Shown one piece after another: positions 49,701 through 61,900 of a stretch of 64,000 nt of DNA; position 1 is the stretch's first letter; every line of letters starts with the position of its first letter. Source of the stretch: Phallusia mammillata (Eukaryota). Below the pieces are notes generated by a model, which was not told the DNA's origin, searched no databases, and saw only the letters and a list, made by a program, of their open reading frames with translations. Where the stretch lies: positions 25,110,001-25,174,000 of the forward strand of contig OZ281495.1 in assembly GCA_965637545.1 (NCBI GenBank), read 5' to 3'. The translations under genes were made by a program, and so were the position numbers.

Positions 49701-51098
49701 TTTGCCGTTAATTTTGGAATTTAAAATCGGCATGGATAGGCTTTCAATCGCTTTTTAATACTAATTCATAATTTTGTTGTACAGCCACAAGACAACAAAC
49801 CGGAGGTCAAACCAGCAGAGAGCAACCCGGGAAATCAACCTAATGAGCCACATGAACTGGAAAAGACCCACGATAAATTCCCAGAAACGATCCATGAGAA
49901 AAAACACAACGAACATGACGATACCTTACCCACAGGCTCAGTAGTTGATGCGCATGAAGAGAGAGAAAATCGCCCAGCTGAACAAGAACCAACAAAATTG
50001 TCGTCTGAAGAAGAAACTGACTTGGGATTTTCAAAGGTCCATGTTGATAAAAGTGAACATGAAAATCAACATGATGGAGATATGATTACAGTTACAGAGG
50101 TTCACGTACAGACAGAACAAAGTGATTTGTTGATGAGCGAATACTTACAAACATCAAGCGAACCACCCAATAGGGTCGATAACCTCCAGGAGGGTGATTC
50201 AATTTATAACGAAGATAACACGGAGGAACAAGAAACTGTGCAAAATGTAGGAGAAAATCAAGATGAGCATGTGGCCGCTATATCCACGCTCCAAGTTCCG
50301 GATGGATCGGCTAAACCAGATATGGACACTGATGTCGTCGAACCATCCAAGAAACGGGATGAAATAGTCTTTACATCAGGATGGGGAAAGCTGGTCAAAC
50401 TTCTCGATCTATTTAAATCTGGACTCGTATCAGAAGATACTGTCAAGAAACTGGAACACGGTGAAATAGAACAACGTAAAGTAGCCAGTGACCTTGGTCA
50501 ATACCTGAAAGGCGAAGAGCCAATAGGCGGACTTCTACTGGACAATGGCGATGTGATGTCACTTTTCGAAGCAAGCAACAAAGGCATCATTCGACGCGGT
50601 ACCGCTATCAGTCTTTTGGAGGCACAGGCAGCTACGGGTAGCATTATTAACCCCTTAAACGGTGACAAGATGAACGTAACTGAAGCCACACGCTGCAATT
50701 TAATCGGTGGACAGTTCGAATCAGTTTTAATTCGAGCCGAACGAGCGGTTTTGGGATTCAGAACAAAGTTTAGTGACAAGCCTTTTTCGCTTTTTGAAGC
50801 CATGCAACGGGGTTTGGTGGCAGAAAGTCGCGGGGTGCGACTTCTTGAGGCACAAATTGCCACTGGTGGTGTGATCGACCCACACGCCAACCACCGTCTG
50901 TCGATAGATGTCGCCTTTGAGCGAGGTTTGTTTGACCAAAGGTTGCATGACTTGCTGAGCTCCCCGGACAAGAAAGGCTTTTACGACCCGAACACGAACG
51001 AGAACTTAACCTACTTGGAACTTATGCAGCGGTGTACATTTGCCGCTGACACAGGGTTAAGGCTTTTGCCCTTTAAGCAGAGGAAGGCAAGGAGGTAG
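46797..51098 (+). CDS. Gene B: type I membrane protein with signal peptide, tiny ectodomain, TM, acidic low-complexity tail and one C-terminal plakin repeat domain, 6 exons, 712 aa
   Basis: Exons 46797-46950, 47433-47512, 48143-48355, 48860-49171, 49575-49640, 49785-51098; all GT-AG and phase-compatible (2139 nt). N-terminus MRWPQDLVLLLQVGIVNA-LRPTE-IIVINVFGSLGGISLILIVALVCSYTI-QKCKDGRRR. The last exon holds a complete PRD (about 50355-51075) without introns. Confidence 0.85.
47784..47970. mobile_element. Palindromic insertion made of two inverted, degenerate hammerhead-family units, in gene B intron 2
   Basis: Arms ACCTATAAGGTCTTATCAGTGCAGCT...TATTGGCTAG and CTAGCCAATA...CAGCTGCATTGATAAGACCTTACAGGT; catalytic cores mutated (CTGATAA and TTGATAA). 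Absent from the paralogous introns of gene C (about 54470 and 56270). Confidence 0.75.
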
Positions 51099-52066
51099 CT
51101 CTTCAGTTTAAATATATGTATTTTTTGTGCTAAATCTACATCACCTCATGGTCTTTTGTACATGTTTTTGCTTCAAACTAATGTCATTTTGTTCAATGCA
51201 TGTATGCTCTCGCAACTACAACCCCAAATAATTCAAGCCTTTTTCTTAGTGATTGTTCGAACCTTGGGCTATTATTACAAAAATATGTTCAAAATGATCA
51301 AACAATCATAAGCTATAATTTTGGCAATCAAATCATAAAATAAAACAAATAACTGAGATTTTGTTAACACATTGAGCCTAGTGCTGTTGTCATTCGAGGA
51401 TTTGTTTAAACATGATTTAACAAAAAATATGTTTTTTTTCGTTAAGTCGACTATTTTCCGTTTCTTTTCTTTCTTTTTCTTTTCTTTCTCTCTTCTGTTT
51501 GCATTAAGCTGAAAAAAGATTTTTATTTCCGATGAGGGTTATCATCACAGTTTAAACCAGGTTCCAGATGCCTTATCACTTTCCGGACATTTTTGCGCTT
51601 TTTTATTACTTTCAGTTAAAAATTTACTGACTTGTAATACAGTGTATAAATTGTTATGTTTGTTGCCTAGTACATTTTGGGTAATCAGTGTACAAGGTGT
51701 TGCAGTACATATTTAGACCTTCTCGTCACCAAACAGACGTTGCAGTACACCTGCTAGTCACTAAATAGGCTACTACTAATTTGTTTATATAACCTGCAGT
51801 TTGCATCTACAATTAGGTTTACATTCTTGAAACAAATTTTAAAACTAGATTAAAAAGCTTTCTATAATGTTACAAGTTATTAAAAAAAATTCCTGAAACG
51901 AAACAGTTCAAACATTCGTTAACATAGTTCCACAAGAAGTACAACGTAGTTACATCAAAGGTGTAGAAAACTACAAGTTAATCATGTGAGTTTGAATGTA
52001 GCTTTATGTCACTGTATTCTCCGCAACGAAATACGCCTCTTTAACTTTACATTTTAATGTCAACAG

Positions 52067-52500
52067 ATTGTAAAAACCACGACCATAACGAAGGTTTAAA
52101 AACACAACAGATATGCCTAAAGGTATTCACAGTTGTAACTTCAGTTGTGGGATTCAGTCGGTTCGCACCGGTTCTATAGAACCGTCTCACGAAATTTTAT
52201 GAGTTTAGCGAACCGGCTTGCATTACTGGTTACTGTCAATGGACTTTTTGTTAAGGAGCCGGCTAAAAAATATGACTGTTGATCTATGACCGGCTGAAAA
52301 AAAAATTGAATCCCACCACTGATGAAAATAAAATATTTCCTTATTTGATTTTTAGTAATATTTTTTTTCTGCTATTCTTCTTCCTCCTGATAATTTAAGT
52401 CACTAGCCTACACTGTCACGATGGACACAGAAATGAAGATTGTTTACACAAAAAAAACATCATCGCCGTACGCAATGACGAAAGCTCTGAGCACTTAATG
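52067..52500 (+). pseudogene. Degenerate copies of the last two exons of gene A
   Basis: 52067 onward [10 protein letters not shown] mirrors 46101-46155; about 52389-52500 mirrors 46252-46343 with indels. Confidence 0.7.
52142..52321. mobile_element. Short hAT-like MITE, about 180 bp
   Basis: TIRs CAGTTGTGGGATTCA / TGAATCCCACCACTG (14 of 15 match); absent at the paralogous position about 46170-46195; no TSD recognised. Confidence 0.7.
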
Positions 52501-52954
52501 TGCAGGATGACGTATGAAAATTTAATTGTCAGTCATGTATAACTTGCTTTTAGTAAACTACTAACTTTTTTGTAGTTTTAATGCATAATTAGGTATGGTG
52601 TAGAGTTGTTAAATTCGTAGATTTTGTCAAATAAATCCTGGGTGTTTATCTATTATAATTGAAGTTGTAACACAGTGCGTGTGATTTATCGTTACAACTC
52701 TTTAAGCAAAGTTAAACTTTAAACACACTGCAAAAACCACCAATACAAGGTTTGAGTGAAGACAGTCATATTTGGGGTGCGCCGATGGTGTTACCATCAA
52801 GTCTGTAGCACCTGTAGCACCTGTAGCACCATCAAGTCTGTAGCACCCGAAAAAAGCACCAGCAATGGTCTGTTCATTCTTTATCGTTCAAGTCAGCTGA
52901 GGGATTTACTTCGCAATTTTGCACGATCGTATGCTCATTTACAGCTGAGATAGC

Positions 52955-55900
52955 ATGATGAGGTGGTCGCTAGTTTTAGTGTTATTGCTTCTAGTGGGAA
53001 ATGCAAACGCTTTACTTTTAGTGACATTGACAGAAGTTGTCGTATTCAGTGTATTTGCAAGTTTATTTATTCTTGCAGTAATTCTCATCGCAGTTCTTGT
53101 GTGCAGGTATATCAAGCAAAGTAAGTGTTTTTAAAATATACTTGTCACTACGTATCGCCAATTGTGCTCTTGTGTATAATCAAACGCAGTGGTTCTCAAA
53201 CTTTTTTATTGTCGGGGCCAAATGTGATTTTTTTAAGTGTGTAGGGAGCCGCAAAAAAACAAAACCTTGAGCAAATCGCTGAAGATTATTACTTTGAAAG
53301 CTAAAATAGCAATGTTTGGTGGTTTTCTGAGGTCTGGTGCGAGCCGCAGAATAAGTAGTTGGGAGCCGCATGCGGCCCCAAAAACCGAGTTTGAGAACCA
53401 CTGATCAAACGTATCCAAGAGAAAACAAATCAAACGTTTTGGATCGAAAACAAATAGAAGAAGATAATGTATTTTTGTTAAAAAAATGTGTTTGTTTGTA
53501 AAACATTTGATTTCCGGTGTTTAAAATGAGCCGTTTTAATGGCTTTTTAAAATTGCTTCGTGTAATGCATAATTTTGGACGAGAGAAACTTGTCATAAGC
53601 TGCACCAGAGTTGTAAGTTGTAAGGCTTCGGGTTTTTTTAAAATACGGGCTGGAATCGGACCTAATGTCAAACAGCCCTAAAACGTCTTGCTTTAAGGCC
53701 AATTCTCTATTGTGTTTGTTGTCTTGGTCTATCCTGAAGCTTTAATGAAAAGGCAGGTCAATCAAACTTTCGGGCCTAACCCGCGGGCTTCTCATTTCGG
53801 GTTCGGGCCGGGTTTCGGGCTTGTATTTTCGGGTTCTGACCGGGTTCGGTCTCCGATTTCAGGCCCGTTTACAACTCTAAGCTGAACTGTAATAGATTAG
53901 TAGTCTTCTACTCCCAAAACCTAAACTGCACCTTTGAATTGTAAAATTCGACAAAATGTGGTATTATTCTATTGAAAGACAAGTTTGCGACAACTCATTG
54001 TATAGTAGCTTGGTAACACTGTCACATTATTTATTCAACATTGTAGCAACTATGCGACACAACAACACCTTACCGTTAAATTTAAAAATGTGAAGTCAAT
54101 TTCCCATTTTTTTGTTTACAGAATGTGGAGATGGACTTGGGCGTGATGACGATGCTTTGAAAGGGGTGGTCACGGACGGCCGAAGGCCATACAGTATCAC
54201 GGTATGTTAATGTGTTGTTGGTCTGTGTACAGGGGGTTGCGCAGTCTAAACCACTCGTAGAAGTTTCGTCGCAGACATGTTTCCCTGCGTGCAAACAACC
54301 ATAAGAGGTCGGGAGTTTTTGTGCTTCGATAGGAATTCGGCGCTTTTTAATTGAAGCCGTCTCGCAGTTTGCAGCGGTTTCCGCGCCAAAGCGGAAAGTA
54401 CCGTGCCAAACATGGACACCTTATAGAAACCAGTTCACCGTTTGCACTTTGCATGTTAATTTTCAACCTAAAACGTTTGGGGGAAACTGGCACAAAAATA
54501 GTGCAGACATATTGAATTTATTAAAACACTTCTTTTCATGTAAAACCTATTATAAAGCTGTATACTACCAAGCCAGCAAAGCCACATAAATGCATAGGTT
54601 GTAGCTGAGCAGTTATGTTCTCACTGTATGTAACAAAACAGAACACTTTTTACAGCTAAAGAATTTCGATGCTGGGGAGGAAGCATCTCTGTCGTCTGTG
54701 TCGTCCCTTTCCGAAGACGCTGCAAATTCAAAATTACAACAAGAAAACGCTCCAAAAATCCAAATATATTCGAAACTTAACAAATCATCTCGCAGTCAAA
54801 TTCCTGACATTACCGACAATTATTCAAAAGATGAAACATTGATTTCAAAAGTGGATAACACTAGTGAGGTATGATAAAAACGAAGTAAATGTATTTTGTA
54901 ACAAAAGGCCATCTTTTTAAAATCAATTTAAATCACTCTCTATGCACTCAGTGGACTTTTCGTTTCTTTGCTTGTGACTTGCTGAATATACATCGGCGGC
55001 ACAGATAATACTTTATTTTGTTGAGAACATGTCAACACTCAATTGAACATCTGAAATAAAACAATGCCAAAATTCCCTAAAAAAAACAACGTTGCAACAA
55101 GTGATTTAACTCGTAAACTGTACTTGTTTGCAGCCAAAGGAAATCCATCATTATTATCACTACAAGACAGATCAACCTGAAGATTCAGCACAAAAAGTGC
55201 TCGAGAAAGAAAAAATGCAACATAAACAAATGCAAAGAAAAGGGCAACAGATATCCTCAGCGTCGCCGCTTCCCAGCAGCGATTTTCCCAACTTGGAGAT
55301 TGAACACAAAACAGCCCTGCAAACAGCACCTAAATCAAGTGGAAAGCTGAAACCTAGTTTAAACATCGACAGTGATACAGATTCGAGTGATGGGGAGAAT
55401 TTTATGCACAACAAACCTCCAGCGGTAAGCAAAATTTGCGTTTTAAAACGTCGACATTAATTTAATAAGTTTTCATAAGAAACTTAGAAGGCATTGACAT
55501 GACAGCTTTGCTTTACACTGTGGGCATCTCACATCCGTTTAGTTTTAGCATGTTGCACTCGATAAAGTACGAGTAAAATCTTTAAAAATAATTTTAATGT
55601 GCAAAAATTTAAGAAGATTAACGGTGGACGACAATTTAAAGTCTACATTTACTTTATTGCAGATCTACAACCAGCAACAGCGACAAAATCCTTCGGTTGT
55701 GAAACATTTGCATGATAAACATCCCGAGGTCGGTTGTTTAACATGTGGATAAACATTTTTGGTCGTTTAAATCCTGTTTACAAAGTATTTGCTTTTGTAC
55801 ACTTTTTATTATCTAACACAAAGAGACAAATCTAGCACTAAAACGTTTTTTTGTGTGTGTACAGCTAAAATACAACAGGGCAGAGATCAACACAGAGGGG

Positions 55901-58900
55901 GAAAACTCTGGAAAGCTGCCTATTGACAACGCTTTAACAGAGGTGGTCTCAGACGAGCAAAACCCAAAGATAACCACAGTATGTTCGTGTTGTTGTTGCG
56001 TGCTCTTTTAGCATGGTTTGTTTTTGACAGTTGGCTTGCTCAGTTGAAATCACTCGTAGTTTTCCCCACAAACATGTTTTCCTCAATGCAGCGTGCAGAC
56101 GACCGTAACGGTTCAGAAGTTTTTGTGCTTCGATAAGAATTCGGCACTTCCAAAATTAGAGTATGCTTGCAGTTTGTGTCGTGTTTCTGCGGAAAGAACC
56201 AAGGCAAACCTGGAAACCTTATAGAAGCCAGTTCATTGTTTCCAGTTTGGATGTTAATCTTTAACCTAAAACGTTTTGGGCAAAATTTGCACAAAAATAG
56301 TGTGGACATTTTGGATTTATCAAAAAAAAACGTTACATTTTAACACCATTATACAACTCCCATACTATATACCAAGGCAAAAGTGCATACAACTGTACAG
56401 GTTGTTTCATTGTATGGAACAAAACAAACAATTTTTCAGCTAAAGAATGTCGGTGCTGGTGAGGAAGCATTTCAGGCGACTGTGTCTTTACTTGCCGAAG
56501 ACGCTTCAAATTCGAAATTACAACAAGAAAACGCCCCAAACAACCAATGTGTTTTGAAATCTCACGAATTATCTCGCAGTCAAAACCCTGACTTCGCCAA
56601 AAACTATTCAAAAGATAACCTACTGGGTATTGAAAAGAAAAACACCAGTGATGAGGTACAATGAAAACCTAATGGATTTTATTGCACTAAAAAATTTCCC
56701 GCAACTTGGTCATACTTTAAAAGCAATTCTAATCAATCCCGATGCCCTCAGTGGAAATTTCTGCTTTGGTCGAAATGTACATCTTTGCTTGTGTTTTGCT
56801 AAACATACATCAACAGAATAGTTTATAACTTTAGTCTGATTAAAAGATTTCAACATTTTTGTTGTTGCAAGATCAATTAAGCTTGCCAGCTGCGTCCAAA
56901 TAATTGTTTAATTATTTTATGAAACACAATCACCCAAGCATTTTCGCCTATTTTTAAAAAATCATCTAAAATAAACGATGCTAACCTAACATCTAATATA
57001 AATAACGTTTTCACAAGTCACTTAACTGGCGAAATGTACTTATTTACAGCTGAAGGAAATCCATCATTATAGTGACTACAAGATAAATCAACCGGAAGAT
57101 TCAGCACAAAAAGTGCTTGAGAAAGAACACATGCATAGTGAACAAATACAAAGAAAAAATCAACATGTATCCTCGGCGTTGCCGCTCTTCAGCAGCGATC
57201 TTCCCAACTTGGAGATTGAACACAAAACAGCCCTGAAAACAGCATCTAAATCAAGTGGAAAGTTGAATCCTAATTTAAACCTCGACGGTGATACAGATTC
57301 AAGTGATGAGGAGAATTTTATATACAACAAACCCAAAGCGGTAAGGAGAATTTGCGTTTTAAAATGCCAACATACATTATAATCTGTTTTGATAAATAAA
57401 GGCATTGACATAATAGCTTTACAGCCAGGAGAAAGCCACATATCATCACGGTATGTTTGTGTTGTTGTTGTGCGCTCCTTCAGCAGGGTTTGTTTTTGAC
57501 AGTTGGCTTGCTCAGTCAAACCACTCGCAAAAGTTTCCACACAGACATGTTTTCCTCAATGCAGCAGGTAAACGACCGTAATCGGTCACTAATTTGTTTG
57601 CTCCGATAGGAATTCGACACTTGCAAAATTAAAGTATGCTTGCAGTTTGTTTCAAGTTTCTGCGGGGTACCGAGGCAAACCTGGAAAACATTATAGAAGC
57701 CAGTTTATCGTTTTGCAGTTTATATGTCTTAACCTAAAACGTTTTGAGCAAACTTTGCGCAAAAATCGTGTGGACATATTAAATTTTAAAAAAAGAAACA
57801 TTACATTTATCAACATAACACCCTTTATACAGCTGTACACTTTATACCACGGCAAATGTACATAGGTAGTAAATCAGCTCTTTGTGTTCTCATTGTATGA
57901 AACAAAACGAACATTTTTTAAAGTTAAAGAATTTTGATGCCGAAGAGGATGCATCTCTGGCGACTGTGTCTTTACTTTCCGAAGACGCTGCAAATTCGAA
58001 ATTACAACAGGAAAACGTTCCAAACAACCAACATGTTTCGAAATCTCACGAATCATCTCGCAGTCAAACCCCTGACATTGCCGACAACTATTCAAACGAT
58101 GATGCATTGGATTTTGAAAAGAAAAACGCTAGCAAGGTAAAATAAAAAATGAGTAAATATTTTTATCGTTTGCAGTTTACATGTTAATCTTTTACCAATG
58201 AACAAAAATATTGTGGACATATTGGAATTATAAAAAAAACATTACAATTTATCAACATAACACCCAATATACAGCTCTACACTATACACAAAGGAACATA
58301 CAGGTGTTAGGTCGTAAATAGGCTATTTATGTTCTCATTGTATGGATCAAAACCAACAATTTTTTAAAGCTAAAGAAATTCGATGCTGGGGAGGAAGCTT
58401 CTCTGGCGTCTGTGTCTACACTTTCGGGAAACGCTGCAAATTCGAAATTACAACAAGAAAAATCTCCCAACAACCAACGTGATTCGAAATCTCACGAATC
58501 ATCTAGTAGTCAAATCCCTGACATTGACGACAACTATTCAAAAGACGACCTAGTGGTTATTGAAAAGGAAAACACTAGCAAGGTGAAATAAAAACTGAGT
58601 AAATATTTTTGCACTACAAAATTTCTTACAACTTGGTCACACTTCAAAAACAATCCTAATCAATCTCGATGCCCTTAGTGGAATTTTCGTGCTTTGGTCG
58701 GAATGTACATTTTTGCTTATGTTAAAAGTGCAATTTGATGTAAGATTACCTAAATGTAGCAGTTGCGTCCAAATTGTTGAAATATTTTATGAAACAAAAA
58801 ACAACCAAGTACTTCGGCCTTTTTTGATAAATAATTTAAAATAACACATTGCGACTGTACGTGTTTGCAGGCAAAGGAAATTCATCATTATTACCACTAC

Positions 58901-61900
58901 CAGATAGATCAACCTGAGGATTCAGCACAAAAAGTGCTTGAGAAAGAACACAAGCATAATGAACAAATACAAGGAAAGGGGCAGCAGCTTTCCTGTGAAT
59001 CGCCGCTTCCCAGCAACGATTTTTCGAACTTGAAGCTTGAAGACAAAACAGCGTTGGAATCAGCACCTAAACCAAGTGGAAAGTTGAATCCCAATTTAAG
59101 CCATGACGGTGATACAGATTCAAGTAATGAGGAGAATTTTATATACAACAAACCCAAAGCGGTAAGGAGAATTTGCGTTTTAAAATGCCAACATACATTA
59201 TAATCTGTTTTGATAAATAAAGGCATTGACATAATAGCTTTACAGCCAGGAGAAAGCCACATATCATCACGGTATGTTTGTGTTGTTGTTGTGCGCTCCT
59301 TCAGCAGGGTTTGTTTTTGACAGTTGGCTTGCTCAGTCAAACCACTCGCAAAAGTTTCCACACAGACATGTTTTCCTCAATGCAGCAGGTAAACGACCGT
59401 AATCGGTCACTAATTTGTTTGCTCCGATAGGAATTCGACACTTGCAAAATTAAAGTATGCTTGCAGTTTGTTTCAAGTTTCTGCGGGGTACCGAGGCAAA
59501 CCTGGAAAACATTATAGAAGCCAGTTTATCGTTTTGCAGTTTATATGTCTTAACCTAAAACGTTTTGAGCAAACTTTGCGCAAAAATCGTGTGGACATAT
59601 TAAATTTTAAAAAAAGAAACATTACATTTATCAACATAACACCCTTTATACAGCTGTACACTTTATACCACGGCAAATGTACATAGGTAGTAAATCAGCT
59701 CTTTGTGTTCTCATTGTATGAAACAAAACGAACATTTTTTAAAGTTAAAGAATTTTGATGCCGAAGAGGATGCATCTCTGGCGACTGTGTCTTTACTTTC
59801 CGAAGACGCTGCAAATTCGAAATTACAACAGGAAAACGTTCCAAACAACCAACATGTTTCGAAATCTCACGAATCATCTCGCAGTCAAACCCCTGACATT
59901 GCCGACAACTATTCAAACGATGATGCATTGGATTTTGAAAAGAAAAACGCTAGCAAGGTAAAATAAAAAATGAGTAAATATTTTTATCGTTTGCAGTTTA
60001 CATGTTAATCTTTTACCAATGAACAAAAATATTGTGGACATATTGGAATTATAAAAAAAACATTACAATTTATCAACATAACACCCAATATACAGCTCTA
60101 CACTATACACAAAGGAACATACAGGTGTTAGGTCGTAAATAGGCTATTTATGTTCTCATTGTATGGATCAAAACCAACAATTTTTTAAAGCTAAAGAAAT
60201 TCGATGCTGGGGAGGAAGCTTCTCTGGCGTCTGTGTCTACACTTTCGGGAAACGCTGCAAATTCGAAATTACAACAAGAAAAATCTCCCAACAACCAACG
60301 TGATTCGAAATCTCACGAATCATCTAGTAGTCAAATCCCTGACATTGACGACAACTATTCAAAAGACGACCTAGTGGTTATTGAAAAGGAAAACACTAGC
60401 AAGGTGAAATAAAAACTGAGTAAATATTTTTGCACTACAAAATTTCTTACAACTTGGTCACACTTCAAAAACAATCCTAATCAATCTCGATGCCCTTAGT
60501 GGAATTTTCGTGCTTTGGTCGGAATGTACATTTTTGCTTATGTTAAAAGTGCAATTTGATGTAAGATTACCTAAATGTAGCAGTTGCGTCCAAATTGTTG
60601 AAATATTTTATGAAACAAAAAACAACCAAGTACTTCGGCCTTTTTTGATAAATAATTTAAAATAACACATTGCGACTGTACGTGTTTGCAGGCAAAGGAA
60701 ATTCATCATTATTACCACTACCAGATAGATCAACCTGAGGATTCAGCACAAAAAGTGCTTGAGAAAGAACACAAGCATAATGAACAAATACAAGGAAAGG
60801 GGCAGCAGCTTTCCTGTGAATCGCCGCTTCCCAGCAACGATTTTTCGAACTTGAAGCTTGAAGACAAAACAGCGTTGGAATCAGCACCTAAACCAAGTGG
60901 AAAGTTGAATCCCAATTTAAGCCATGACGGTGATACAGATTCAAGTAATGAGGAGAATTTTATGGACAACAAATCCCAACCGGTAAGCAAATTTTGCGTT
61001 TTATAATGCCAACATTGGTATAACCTGTTTTAATAAATGAAGGCATTGACATGACAGCTTAACAGACGGGCAAAATCCACACATTACCGCAGTATGTTTG
61101 TGTTGTTGGTGCCCGTTCCTGCAGCAGGGTTTGTTTTTGACAGTTGGCTTGCTCAGTCCAAACCACTCGCAAAAGTTTCCACACGGACATGTTTTCCTCA
61201 ATGCAGCAGGTAAACGACCGTAATCGGTCACTAATTTGTTTGCTCCGATAGGAATTCGACACTTGCAAAATTAAAGGATGCTTATAGTTTGCAGCGGTTT
61301 GCGGAAAGTACCGAGTCAAGCCTGGAAACCTTATAGAATCCGGTTTATCGTTTGCAGTTTATATGTAAATCTTAACCTAAAACGTTTTGGGCAAACTTTG
61401 CGCAAAAATAGTGTGGACATATTGAATTTATAAATAAAAAAACGTTACATTTATCAACATAACACCCTTTATACAGCTGTACACTTTATACCACGGCAAA
61501 GGTACATAGGTATTAAATCAGCTCTTTGTGTTCTCATTGTATGAAACAAAACAAACATTTTTTAAAGTTAAAGAATTTTGATGCCGAGGAGGAAGCATCT
61601 CTGGCGACTGTATCTTTACTTTCCGAAGACGCTGCAAATTCGAAATTACAACAAGAAAACATTCCAAACAACCAACATGTTTCGAAATCTCACGAATCAT
61701 CTCGCAGTCAAACCCCTGACATTGCCGACAACTATTCAAACGATGATGCATTGGATTTTGAAAAGAAAAACGCTAGCAAGGTAAAATAAAAAATGAGTAA
61801 ATATTTTTATCGTTTGCAGTTTACATGTTAATCTTTTACTAATGAACAAAAATAGTGTGGACATATTGGAATTATAAAAAAAACATTATATTTTATTAAC

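Larger units (their letters stand above)
52024..55930 (+). repeat. Segmental duplication of about 46057-49835 (last two exons and 3' UTR of gene A plus gene B exons 1-5 and the start of exon 6)
   Basis: Collinear similarity from CAAC(G/A)AA(A/T)TACGCC..TTTAA at 46057/52024 through the intergenic region and the exon-intron series. The copied gene A exon has a stop codon (ATA ACG AAG GTT TAA). Confidence 0.88.

Noticed and set aside
50498-50971. 157-aa minus-strand ORF, and similar antisense ORFs at 18410, 18830, 26364, 35547, 37785, 42821
   Set aside because: Antisense shadows of real coding exons.
57417-57455. Exon-2-like donor (ATCACG|gtatg) retained in each tandem unit
   Set aside because: Available acceptors give 22, 26, 34 or 49 nt, none frame-preserving; treated as a vestige of the rearrangement junction.
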